Source of the DNA: Eledone cirrhosa
Lineage: Eukaryota
NCBI GenBank assembly: GCA_964016885.1
Contig: OZ024742.1
Coordinates: 102,672,001 to 102,736,000 of the forward strand
Length of the DNA stretch: 64,000 nucleotides
Direction of reading: 5' to 3'
Of this stretch, positions 40,531 to 53,890 are shown one piece after another. A program made the position numbers and the translations under genes. The notes beneath the pieces are model-generated. The model had not been told where the DNA came from. It saw nothing but the letters and a program-made list of their open reading frames with translations, and searched no databases. The number at the start of each line of letters is the position of its first letter. Positions within the stretch are counted from its first letter, which is position 1.

Positions 40531-43299
40531 TATAAACAGCGTTTAAATGTTTAGGAATAATATTCTGCCCCCAAAATCACGTGCTAAGTCATTTGATTAT
40601 CATAGCGTCTACTATAATATCAAAGATTAAATAATTATTTATAGTAAGAATTTCTGAGCCGGTTAATGCTTTTGCTATTGACGATAAATAATAATCTTAA
40701 CTATAATAAAGAAAGGAGTGCGGGACTGTGTCCAGAATATATTTTTTTACCCCGTTTGTAAAATAAGTTGGATTACTTTCAATAAATAATGAGTGAATAT
40801 TACATAATTTATGTGCTAAATTTCGTGGCTGTTGATTAAATATATTTTATAGCTTATTTAAAGATTCACTTCTTTAAAATTTTCAAATATCAACACTTCC
40901 GGTTAGCGGCCGTTATATTATAATACTTATAACAATATCGCATATATTTCCGTCGCTAATTTTCTCCTAATGCAGTTTATATATAATATCGTCTTTTTTT
41001 AATGTATCATGGATTACTTTACTGATTACAGAAGACAGTGTAACACAGTCTTCATTCAATTTCTGTGTATATTGTCAATTACGATTTTATTTGATACATC
41101 ATATCTACATGTATAATATCAATATACACACTACACATGCTAGCAGAAAACCACCCTAGGGTGGCTTTTCTGCTAGTTTATATAATTATATACTGTATAT
41201 AAGATTTAATATTGTTATAAACTGTATTTTAGATATTATGCATTTCCGTCTTTATCGAGATCTCTGGTGTTATGCAGAAGATCCACCTTCCCATGTGCAC
41301 GGGTTGAAGCATACATCTTGTATGCACTACTTTCCCCTCCCCCTTCCATAGACCTCTAAGTTCTACCACCTCCTACCTTCATCCACCTTCCTCTTGCATC
41401 TCTCACGTCTTAACACTTCACCCATGACCGAACACTACACCCTCACACACATCCTTAAATCTACCTCTCCAATCTCGACACATCTCCCCTCCCACCTAAG
41501 CCCCCAGTCAACACTGTAAAGTGGTCGTGTAGGTGTCACGACAAAAAGCACCCAGCCGTAGAAACCAAGCCAAAACCATTTCTGTATGAGCGCGACATGG
41601 TCATCTGACGTGCCTTGTCTCACAATGGGGCAACTCGCCTAACCCATTCTAGCATGGAAAAATGGACGTTAGACGGCGATGTGAAGTATATATGATATGT
41701 TTATCTATAATAAACATGCGTCATAACTATTTCAGTAGCAGTGTGAGAACACCAGGATGCTTTATCCATCACCATGATCACAGCTTAAAATGCCAATAGC
41801 GAGGCTTATATATGTTTATTATGTTTATTGTACATAAACTTAAGGGCCGTGTATTGGCAGAATCGTTAGCACGTCAGATTAAATACTTCACATTAAGTTC
41901 TGGCTCTTTGGATTTCTTAGTTCAAATCTCGCCTATGTTAACTGTGTCATTCATCCTTTCGGTGTCAATAAAATGAAGTACTTGTAAAGTACTGGGGTCA
42001 ATGAAATCGACTTTCCCTTTCCCCTAAATTGCTGTTTGTGTACCTACATTGGAAGCCTTTATACATAAACATATTGTATATACCTTTGTATAAATCTCTA
42101 TTATGAATCATGTTGTGTTAGTGCAGTTGCCAATTAATATAAAATTGATATGTTTTCCCAAAACACAAAGTCAATTATCTCTAAGGCAGCGTATTTCAAA
42201 CTTCCTTTTATTGTGACCCACAGCAAAAGCTGTATTTTGTATTGTGACCATATATGCCTTTTGCTTGTTTATTTTTGTACATTTTTCTGAATATCGGGAC
42301 CCATTTTATTTATTTTGAGACTCACTAATAGGTTGGGACCTGCACTTTGTAAAATCCTGCTGACTTGCCTGGCATTAATTTATATAGACTCCCCCAATCA
42401 CAGAATGAAAGATGAAAGTGTTGGACAAAATATTACACCCCTTTATGTTTTGAGTGGTCTTTGCTTTTTCAAACTTCGGTGTTTGATAAAATAAATACTG
42501 GTTAACTCTTAACACTTTGTACCACATGAAACCGCATTAGTTGAAAAGTACAAAACAGTACTATGACTGCATCACATTAAACATTAAACAATCTATTGAC
42601 CAGTAAAGATACTATTAACATTTTATTTAACAAACACGTTTTTTGACATTGTTTGCTAAATCGTTACAGATTAGACATTAACTATGTATTTAGGCACTTG
42701 TAATTCCCAATGGGGCCATAGGGGTGCTTTTTTGATATACAGTGTGTCATAGGCATTTATTAAACCTTGCGTAGCCCTTCCCCATTCCAGGTCTGGAGAC
42801 AAGCTGATCTCTTCCAGAGAAAGAGAAGGGGATGGGGGAAAATCTACCCCAGTATTGGACTTCTATTTTTTTATTGACCTGGAAATGATTAAGAATGAAA
42901 ATCAAAGTCTATTGCTAGATGACATTAATTAAATGTGTAGTATTGCTGGTTGCTATGAGAACTGAGATGTTGACCTCGGTAAGATTTAAACTTGTGGTCA
43001 ATGGACTGCGCAATTAAGGCCAACCTGGTATTGAACTACTAAATATATATTATACACACTCTCTAACGGTATATATGTACGCGTAACTCCTGATGTAATT
43101 GCAGGGACGCCGTACTGACCTACAGTGTATCTTGGGCATTTTAAAATGTGCATTTTAAACCTGGAAGAGCTCATATATATATATATATAATATATACACA
43201 TACGTATATATACATAAACGTATATATATATATATAATATATATATATACATACGTATATATATACATATATATATACATAAATGTATGTATATATATA

Positions 43300-44106
43300 T
43301 TTAACGAAGGGTTAAAAATGAATTAAGTAATAGTTAGAAGTTGTTAGATGGATTAACAGGAATAATGGTTGAAATAACAAATATAATAAGTATAAATGTA
43401 ATAACGAGAATATAAAGAATAAATGATTTGGTTATATATAGTTTACTTCACGTGAATCAATTAAAAAGTACATATAAAACAGTTACCAAGAGTTGTTAAT
43501 GTTGTTATTACTGCTGATGTGAGGCTGTTGTTGTCTGTTGTTGGAATTTGGAGTCCGTGGTAGTAGTTGTGAGACCATAGTTAGTAAGAGAGAGAGAGAT
43601 ATGGTTTGTATATCTCTGAATGGTCTGTAATTGGAGGTAGACCACTGTGGCTTGTACATGGTCTGTAGTAGTAGGGCTCCAATCTCTGTGTGTGTATCTG
43701 TAGACCTCATGGGGTCTGTTGATAGTGGTGAATCCTTACATAGCTAGTTGCTAGCGTAATGCTCCGATGTCTCTGGTTTTTCTGTAGACCTCTGGGGTCT
43801 GAAGTTAGGGGTTAATCTTTACATAGTTAGTTGTGTATCCTATCGCTCCGATGTCTCTGTGTTTCTGTAGACCTCAAAGGCCTGAAGTTAGCGGTGAATC
43901 TTTACATAGTTAGTTGTGTATCCTAGCGCTCCGATATCTCTATGTGTAAAGTGGGAAAATATAGGCTTTATATACCTATCGCTTCCTGTCTCCCCACCTT
44001 GAGGGGATAGCCAACACATCAACCTGTCTACACCAAAAAGGTGTTGACCTAGAATTTAACCTTTAGGTATCACCCAAAGTTCAATGCGCGGACAGATTTC
44101 GCTACA
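43300..44106 (-). mobile_element. Probable solo LTR (Gypsy-like) inserted in (TA)n
   Basis: The minus strand starts TGTAGCGAA and ends TTCGTTAAA (imperfect terminal inverted repeat). GGTATATAAAG TATA-like at about 43965-43975, three internal ~83-bp tandem repeats (43698-43947), TA flanks. Confidence 0.5.
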
Positions 44107-44188
44107 TATACACATGTATACATATATGTATGTGTATATATATATGTATAAATATGTATGTATATATGTATGTATATATATATGTATG

Positions 44189-44227
<39 letters not shown>

Positions 44228-44240
44228 ATATGTGTATGTA

Positions 44241-44301
<61 letters not shown>

Positions 44302-44308
44302 ATGTATA

Positions 44309-44928
44309 TCGGGTCACTCTTGAGTGCTACTGGTAACATGTAACCCAGAACAACCTGTCGCATGGTCGGGTCATCGGCGACTAAACCGGCAACCCAACCA
44401 AGTTTACTTGGTGCGGAGGGTGATTTTTGACACCCTGCAGGACAAAAAACAAAACCTGACAAAGGGCGGAAGAACTCATAAGAGTCAACGGCCATCCAAA
44501 AGTGTGTAAATATGTATATACACATGTACATATATATGTATATGTGTATATACATCGGTGCATGTGTATGTATATGCGCGGGGACATTGAAATAGTCGGG
44601 CTGGACACCGGATCGCGCGGTTAACCCACTGGGAGTGAAGGACCCCTAGCCTTTGCCAAGGCATTCCTCTAGGTGAAGGCAACTCAGGAAACTGGGATAA
44701 CTCCGATATAAAACCTGCGGCTCAGTAGTTACCGATGATGTTGATCTTTTCTTCTTTTCGGCTTATAGCTACTGTTGCTCAGAGAGTGGGATTGGCTCAG
44801 TGCACAGTCTTTCCTTACTTTAAAAAATATCCTCACCCACAGGCATTGCACGATAGAATTAATTAATAATTATTAATAATGGTATATCGTGCAATGGTCA
44901 TACTCGATAACGAGAGGGCAGCCATCAT
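44309..44928 (+). mobile_element. RTE-derived bipartite element, subfamily B, full length
   Basis: The 5' leader is homologous to subfamily A. The 3' tail is nearly identical to the LINE end at 26712-26752 and is followed by a long TA-type microsatellite. Confidence 0.82.
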
Positions 44929-45119
44929 GTATATATGTATACATATATATATATATCTATGTATATATATATATGTATGTATATATATATGTATATATAT
45001 CTATGTATATATATGTATGTATATATATATATATATATGTATGTATATATGTATCTATATATATATGTATGTATATATGTATCTATATATATATGTATGT
45101 GTATGTATATATATGTATG

Positions 45120-45168
<49 letters not shown>

Positions 45169-45217
45169 GTATATACATTTGTATGTATATACATGTATAT
45201 ATATATGTATATATATG

Positions 45218-45286
<69 letters not shown>

Positions 45287-45409
45287 TTATATATATATTT
45301 ATGTATATATATATATATATTTATATATATATTTATATATATATTTATGTATATATATATATATATGTATATATATATGTATATATATATATATATTTAT
45401 ATATATATT

Positions 45410-45473
<64 letters not shown>

Positions 45474-45613
45474 AATATATATTTATATATATATTTATAT
45501 ATATATTTATGTATGTATATATATATTTATATATATATTTATATATATATTTATGTATATATATATGTATATATATATGTATATATATATGTATATATAT
45601 ATGTATATATATA

Positions 45614-45710
<97 letters not shown>

Positions 45711-46175
45711 AATATATATATATATTTATGTATATAAATATATATGTATATATATTTATATATATATAAATATATATATAGGAACGAGTAGGACCCCGAC
45801 AGCTGAACTCTACTACCCTAAGTATTGAGTACTTTGGTGCGTTATGGTCCACCTGGTTCCTTACCACATTTCCTTCGTTAAATATATATATATATATATA
45901 TATTTATGTATATATATAAATATATATGTATATATATATAAATATATATGTATATATATTTATATATATATAAATATATATGTATATATGTTTATATATA
46001 TATATAAATATATATATATATATTTATGTATATAAATATATATGTATATATATTTATATATATATTTATGTATATAAATATATATATTTATATATATATT
46101 TATGTATATAAATATATATGTATATATATTTATATATATATTTATGTATATAAATATATATGTATATATATATGT
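44929..46175. repeat. (TA)n/(TATG)n microsatellite containing a pLTR-like fragment at 45779-45879
   Basis: Direct inspection. The fragment is homologous to 55629-55799. Confidence 0.95.
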
Positions 46176-46575
46176 AGTCCTCGCCGAAGTAAGGTGCGAC
46201 AAGGCCAACTCTGACCAGACTTGCCTTGCCTCCCGGCCTTCACCGCCCGTCTAATCCGTGCAAGCTTGGAAAATTGGACGTTAAACCCAGCTTCCCCCTC
46301 AGCTCGTCCAAGCTTGCTTCTCTCACACTTTGGATGCACATCTAACCAAGCACGGATGCTTCATTTCTCACCAATCTACGCATGTCCTCTGCAATCACAG
46401 CCCATGTTTCACTACCATGTAGCACCACCCACCGCACACTGGCATCAAACATCCTTCCTTTTGTATGTATGAAGAAACCTTTTGTTGTCAACAGTTCTCT
46501 AAAATTTCATCCTATCCTTATCCTAGCTATTATACTCTCGGCACACCCTCCTCAGCTGATAATTAGGTCTCCTAT
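46175..46575 (-). mobile_element. Decayed RTE fragment
   Basis: The reverse strand gives LHGSETWAV and NEAS remnants, as in the 24047 family. Confidence 0.7.
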
Positions 46576-46590
46576 ATATATTTATATAGG

Positions 46591-46666
<76 letters not shown>

Positions 46667-46918
46667 TATTTATAAACGAAAAAAATGAAACGAAATTTCA
46701 TTTCCCACTCTAAGTACAGCTGTTACTTAAATATAAGTATGTACACGTACATACATATATGTATACAGATGTACAGTAGTATGTATGTATATATACATAC
46801 ATGCACACATATATATATGTACGTATGGATTCACCGAACATTTATTATAATGCTCGGTGTGTTTGTAAACAAACATCCCGTATTAAGCCGTAGTGTCCAG
46901 CAACCATCGTTGCTCGTT

Positions 46919-46955
<37 letters not shown>

Positions 46956-46960
<5 letters not shown>

Positions 46961-47553
46961 ACGTCAAGACGGGCGGTCTCAAAAGTGAAAGTAAAGTTAT
47001 TTTCATTTTCGAACGTCGTGTTTACATTTTGTCTGTGTGTTTAGATCTAAATTAGTTACTGAGATTAAAGACAGAATCAGAGCCTCTGTCGTTTTAACTG
47101 ATTATATATATATGTATATGTGTGTAGTTGACGGTTGAGAGAAGAGTACTCAATACCGAAGTAATCTTGTAATGGGGCTTGCAGAATGGTGAGTCCGCCA
47201 TTCTAGACGCTGCTGCCTTGCAGAAGTCCCAAATCGAAGCTCTGACACTCTCGTCCCATCATTCAGCAGGGATTTTGCCAGGCAGCCGCATCATCTCCGA
47301 TGGTTGGGCTTCCTATTCGGAAATTGAAGGTGGGATTTACGTTCATGATGTTGTGGTGCACGAACGGAACTTTGTAGATCCTGCGGACCTTGATGTGCAC
47401 ACACAGCTCATAAAGAACACATGGAGCCGTGCAAAGAAGAAGCTTCGTCGCCAGCATGTTTCGTTTGAACACACACACAAAATGTAAACACGACGTTCGA
47501 AAATGGAAATAAATTTACTTTCACTTTTGAGACCGCCCGTCTTGACGTATGCC
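46956..47553 (+). mobile_element. Merlin (ISXO2/IS1595-like) DNA transposon, internally deleted
   Basis: ~87-bp TIRs starting GGCATACGTCAAGACGGGCGG (46956-47043 / 47466-47553). Internal frame ILPGSRIISDGWASY..H..V.HERNFVDP....HTQLIKNTWSRAK resembles the ISXO2-like DDE domain. Confidence 0.85.
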
Positions 47554-47778
47554 TTCATGGCATGAAGCGAGTGAGAGTACACGACTCCCTCCTGGACAGG
47601 ACGCCAGTCCATCGCAGAGTTAAACCTCCAGCTATTGCTGGTACTCATTTTCAGCTGAGTATACTGGAGCAACGTGAAATGAAGTGTTTTGCTCAAGAAC
47701 ACAACACGCAACCCAGGAATCGAACATACGACATTATGATCGTAAGTCCAACACTCTTACCACTGGGCCACGTGCCTC
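47554..47778 (-). mobile_element. tRNA-derived CORE SINE, truncated at its 3' end by the Merlin element
   Basis: The minus strand reads GGCACGTGGCCCAGTGGTAAGAG..GTTCGATTCCTGG..GTTGTGTTCTTGAGCAAAACACTT..CTGCGATGGACTGGCGTCCTGTCCAGG. Confidence 0.8.
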
Positions 47779-47900
<122 letters not shown>

Positions 47901-49055
47901 CATATGTGTACATTATTTATGTATATATAAGCATATACAAGTGTGTACCTCTGTGAACATAAAATTAGCCACTCATATTTTTATGATAAATATGAAATTA
48001 CACACACACACAGTGTATACAGATTGAACAAAATGATTGCGCCTTTAATCTATAAAATAAACCAATAACTAAAGCACTCTGTGTGTTTCTATTCCTATCA
48101 CTATCTATCTATCTATATATATATATACACCTGTGTATGTATGTTTGTATGTATATATATATGTGTGTATGTAGTTATGGTTGTATGTGTATCTATGTAT
48201 GTATATATTATATACACTCACATGGCAGCTCTTTAAAACTTCAAACATTTCTTATCATCTGATATTTACATGTACTTTTTAGTATATATAATATATTATA
48301 TTTATAATTACATTCATCTTTATGTACATATACACACACGTATATAAATAATCTATATGTATATATTCATCTATATATACACACACAGATATATACACAT
48401 ATATATTTATATGTACTATGTATATATATTTGTAATACTGGCCTTAATAATTATATGTGTGTGTGTGTGTGTAGCTGCACTTAAGAAGGTGATTATTATG
48501 ACAATGTGTAAGCGTGTGTAAAAGGTGATATTTGGTGGTTCAGCTGTTAATTGTAGTGTGACAGCAACCGATGGCTTCATGGTCAATTCTTTGAGTTGCT
48601 CTTTGCCATATAAAGCGTTGTGTGAATATTTGTGACTTGTGGCAAATGAATGTGTGTGTAACTCTGTGTGCGGAGATGTGTATTTCGCCATAGCCTGTTG
48701 TTCAAAGCTGAACGTTGAAAGTGAGAGTGGCATGAACAATAACAAGGTCGCGACTTGAATCATTTTTATTAAGAAATAACTTAGTCGAAGCTATTATTAT
48801 AATAACTCAAGAAACGCAACAAAGAGTAATTGTGTGTTATGTTTGTGTGAAAGCTGTAGTAGTACTCTGAAAAGTTGTATGGAACTAACTAACCTTTGGT
48901 GGGATCGAACGGGAGTAGGACTGTCTTGGCTCACTGGTCCAAATTACTTCATTCTGATCTGTCACGAACTGAATTAGACTACCTGTTGGACAGCTGCTAG
49001 CAGACTATGAGGATTCTGTCATCATAGACAATAAGAAAACTGTATTCTTTTAGAC

Positions 49056-49606
49056 CAGAGGTTCTCAAAATGGGCGCTACCGCTCACCACACTTAAGAAA
49101 GTCCAGGGGAGCGCTGCGCCTAAGGCTGGGTGGGAAGTAGAGATTATATAATAGTATATTAAATATCAAATGATACATTATATATAAATATAGTAAAATA
49201 AAAAATATATATTTATTTATACATAGTATATATTATATTATTTATTATGCCGAGGTTCACTTTGCCTTTCATCCTTACCGGGTCGATAAAATAAAGTACC
49301 AGTAATGAACTGGGTAATTGCTGGCCTTGTGCCAAAAGTAGAAACAATTATTTATTATATATAAATTAACGATTTTATTTATATATTATTTGTTTGCTGA
49401 AAATTTAAATAAGTGACATAATCACTACTTTAAAACAATAGCGTATGGTCTTCAAAATGCTTTTAATTAAGCATACAGTGTATTGCAAAATACACTATAT
49501 ATATTATTTACAATTTTAGTGTAGGCAGGTCTCTCTGGAAATAGGGCTGGGGGTGCTTAGGGTATTACATGACCGTGGCGGTGGGGGGTGGGGGTGAAAA
49601 CCTCTT
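49056..49606. mobile_element. hAT-type non-autonomous element with 8-bp TSD and a nested SINE fragment
   Basis: Termini CAGAGGTTCTCA / TGAAAACCTCTT. TTTTAGAC at 49048-49055 and 49607-49614. SINE piece at 49250-49350. Confidence 0.7.
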
Positions 49607-51939
49607 TTTTAGACAGATTGGCGACAGGAGTCCCCCAGACAAAGGAGGCAAAATACGTCGGGTAAACTACAGGGAAATGGCTTATCTATGAGGCCAAAGA
49701 CCAACGTGTGTGGTCACAGGATTTATTTCGCACACCAGGGAGAGGAACAATATTTCAAATCTCTACATATATTCCTGTGTGTGTGTGCATGCACAGACAT
49801 ACACACACACGTGTATGTATGTGCAACATGTTTCAGCCCTGTTTAACACCATCACCTGGCTCTTGAATGTCATCAGTGGAGTCATCTTTGTTGCAGGGGT
49901 TTCAGTTAGGTCTCCTGTTTAAGGATACAGTCTTCCCTCCCTCGTTCATTAAAACAGTAAATAAGAATAATTATATTTAAACCTTTCAGAAACTAACTAG
50001 CTGAGCCTATATCCTATGTAAAATGTGTAGGTTATGTATTTCTAATGAAATATACTGCCTACGATTTTCAAATAATTTTGAAAATAATCAAGGATCTAGA
50101 TGAATTTAGTAACATTGCTAACTTTCTCAGTATTAAAATGGTGTTTTGAACAAAAGTTCTCATAGAAATTATAGTGGAAGGTTTTTAGATTTCCAGTTTA
50201 GAATTCACTGTATCCCTACTTGTTGTAAGAAGTGACCAAAAGGGTTAGTGTCAGGAAAGACATCCATAAGCCTGTCATCAGAATTTGGTGCTTGGATTAC
50301 TTTGGAACAGTCAGGGTGGACACTCTAACTTGCAGTAATTCTAAGGTGGAGATTTGGAATATGCATATCAGTGTAATTTTTCTAACTTTGAGGGCACATC
50401 ATTAAAAAGTATGGGGGCACTGCCACCCCATACCAACCTACACCCATTCTTGGCAATGGGTGCGAGCATTGCCTCAAAAAGTCCTGGCCAACCCATGCCA
50501 GCATAAAAATGTTGAGACGTAAAAACAACGATGATAAACACTTTAAAACAAAGATATTTATATCATAGAAGCAAAGGCTGTTTCAAGTGGTTTGGTAGCA
50601 AAAGGGTTAAACAATATCTGTTGTAAGGAATGAAGAATTGGCTAGTTGTGAAGTGGAATCAGATCTGTTTTGAACAGTAACTAGAATATAGTTTTATTTT
50701 ATGGTAATAAAAAGGGCGGTAGATTGACAATATCAGTAGAGCATCAGACAACATGCTTTGCAGCATATAGTTATGGCCTGTGTTCAAATATAGTTATGTT
50801 CTGTGTTCAAATCCTGCCGAGGTTAACTTTGCCTCTCATACTTATTGGGTTGATTTGATAAAATAAAGTATCAATAACACACTGGGGTTAATTTAATCGA
50901 CTTCCCTCCCCCAAAATTGTTGGCCTTGTGCCTAAATCAGAAACCATTTTATGGTAAGAAATACTTCAGGTCTACATGTTTCAAAGTTAATCATGCAAGC
51001 AGTTCAATACTGGTTAAGTTAACTAAGGTTTTATATTCTAGATTTGTCTGTTGTCAGAAATGGAGAGTATAGTCAGCTTATTTGCTTTCGATCAGTAACA
51101 GCTGTGAAATCTTGAGGATGATGATTATGGTGGTGGTGTTGGGGATGATTATGGAAGTAATGTTTGTAATGATGGTGGTGGTGGTGTTAATGATGATAAT
51201 GTTGATGATAACAGTGATGGTAGTGGTGATAATGATTATGATGATCTTAATGAAAATGGTAGTCATATTGATTTCTGACATAGACATTTGGCCTCTGATT
51301 TATAGGGAATAAAAGGAATGAGTTGTTTTGATGTTTTATAACATTTGATTCCTGTCTACAGCTAGGAATCAAAAACTGCTTGATTACATACGCAAGAAAT
51401 CAATAAAAAATAAAGGATTTTTGCTTTCTTATATGTACAGTGCTGTGTTTTTAATAATTTTGTTTTAAACTAAAATAATTTAAAATAATTATTTAAGAGC
51501 AAGATTAAATATTTTATTTATTCTCATAAAAATTTAATTAACTATTTTTTTCTTTATTCTATGTTATGTGATAATATTAGTATCTTTATCCATTAACTAG
51601 AACCAAAAGCATCCTTCCTCCTTATTTTGGCATTAATACATTGTTAAAGGAGTCGTCTTGCTATGTTCAGCATAGTTTAACTCTTTTGTGATATGTTTCT
51701 ATTGAAATAATACTCTGCTTATGTTTTTCAATTAATTGTGAAAATAACTCATCTTGTACTACATAAAACTGCATTAGAAAGATAGTCTTGAAAACTTCAA
51801 AACACCACTATGACTGCATCAAATTTTTAAATTTAGTTTACTTTAAATTTCATAATGATCTATTCAGCCCATATTGAAAAATGGTTGTATAGGTGTCACA
51901 ACAGAAAGTGCCTAGCCAACACTGAAGTAGTCATGTAAG

Positions 51940-52185
51940 TATCACGACAAAAAGCGCTCAGTCCACACTGTAAATTTGTCATCTAGGTGTCAACAAAAAG
52001 CACCCAATACACACTGTAAATATGCTTGGCATTAGGAAAGGCATCCAACCGAAGAAACCAAGCCAGAACCAGTTGTGTATGAGCAAGGCACGATCACCTG
52101 ATCTGACTTGTCTCACCATGGGACAACTTATCTAACCCATGCTAGCATGGAAAAATGGATCTTAAATGGTAATAATGGTTATGAT
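51940..52185 (+). mobile_element. RTE 3'-UTR fragment (multi-copy)
   Basis: ACACTGTAAA..TTAGGAAAGGCATCCA..CCCATGCTAGCATGGAAAA. Other copies at about 41500-41685, 53460-53680, 56583-57060(-), 58385-58578 and 58908-59220(-). Confidence 0.75.
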
Positions 52186-52583
52186 GCTTCCAAAATTTAT
52201 AGCTAAAGTCTTTCAAACATTTCATTAACATACAGTATATCATTGAACATACAAAATACATATACTTGGTTGTGGTGGTACTGATAATGTTGTTAGAACT
52301 CAATGTGTCCTTGGAAAGATGGCTGCAGCAAGATTAGGCAGTGTAACCAGTAGTTTTTGTAGTAGGTGATCACCGCTTAAGGTTTCCTTGAAGAAAATTC
52401 ACCCAAGTTACAAAGTGTCATTTACATATATGTTTTTTTGTGCATAGAACAATGACAAAAAAAAGACTTTGATTTCCACGATCAATCAACCCTCTGAAAC
52501 GATCGTAAAACAATGAACTAAGTAACTACCTACATTTGACTTCTGTCTTTTTTTTCATTGTTCTATGCACACACACATATATG

Positions 52584-52614
<31 letters not shown>

Positions 52615-52652
52615 TATAGAAGAGTTATTTCAGCAGTTAAACTCACAAAAAC

Positions 52653-52857
52653 TGTTACATTCACTTTCATTTATTCTTTAATTGTATTGTCTACTGTGAA
52701 GTGTCAAAAAACAGTGGAGTACTTCAGTGACCCAGTCACTGACACATCCGGAGAGGCAGTGGAATTGTGTCAGTGACCAGGTCATAGAAGTTCTACAAAG
52801 CTTTGTGACACTTCATGTTAAACAGTACTTAAGATATTAAGAAAAAGTGAATGTAAC
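52653..52857. repeat. Old fold-back / MITE-like inverted repeat
   Basis: GTTACATTCACTTT..GAAGTGTCA..GTCACTGACACA / TGTGTCAGTGAC..TGACACTTC..AAAGTGAATGTAAC. Confidence 0.7.
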
Positions 52858-53735
52858 TCTTTTCGTTACATGGCTCAAATGAATTTTCCACAATGCAATC
52901 TTTGATCAAATCACTTCGATAATGCAATTTTAGATCAGGACACTTCAACATGCAATCAATATGCAATCTTAGATGAAGTCATTTGCCAAACATGAGATTT
53001 GGCTGAAACGTTAATAGGCCATCTATGAAGGAGTGATGCTAGGGCTATGAAATCTTGCATGCATTAATTTCAACTTTCTTTTATGAATAACTGCATTGTT
53101 TCTTTCCAGGGACTATGTTGAAAAATAACCCTCATTTGGTCATTCCATGAGAGAATCTTGGGCAGACTATGAACTTTTTAGCTGACCCTCATACAACAAC
53201 TCTTGAACAAAATACACACACATTTTCTCTGAATGTTTGAGTTGAGGAATTATCATTATTGTACTGATTTATTTGTACTAGTGTCCTCTTATTGGTTAAT
53301 GAGGCTACAAGTCTGATTAAATAAGTTTATAATTGTTTCTTTGTGTGTGGAGCAGTTTTTCTTCCAAACATGTTATGGTGAAGATATGACTGTTTCAAGT
53401 TTAGTCGTTTTTATTAAAGATTTATTATGTTTTCTTAGTGATTGACAATTAAAATCCACCCAGTCCTCTCTGTAAAGTTGTGTTGGTGCCATGATAAAAT
53501 GCTCCCAGTAAACACTGTAAAGTGCATCCAGCTGTAGAAATTATGCCGAAAACAGAATGTATGAGTAAAAACGTGGTCACCTGATTTGTCTAGTCTCAGT
53601 TTGTGATAACCCATCTAAACCATACTAGCATGGAAAATAGACATTGAACAGTGATGATGGTGGTGGTAATGATGATGATGAATGTGAAAAATATGGCTCC
53701 AGCCAGTAAATTCACAGTTTTTGTTCCATGATATT

Positions 53736-53890
53736 ATAGATTCATTGTTTGGAGCTAGCTCAACTCATCTTAATTTAACATAAGACATAGATTCATTGGT
53801 TGGAGCCAGCTCAACTCATCTTAATTTAACATAGACATAGATTCATAGGTTGGAGCCAGCTCAACTTATCTTGGATGAACATTGACACAT
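53736..53890. repeat. ~50-bp tandem repeat, 3 copies
   Basis: ATAGATTCATTGGTTGGAGCCAGCTCAACTCATCTTAATTTAACATA(A)GAC. Confidence 0.9.

Noticed and set aside
46956-47553. Bacterial IS contamination or recent horizontal transfer from bacteria
   Set aside because: The element contains a TA microsatellite and is interleaved with host SINEs. Eukaryotic Merlin elements explain the IS1595 similarity.
51078-51312. Met/Val/Ile-rich ORFs
   Set aside because: Degenerate (GAT/GGT)n trinucleotide repeat.
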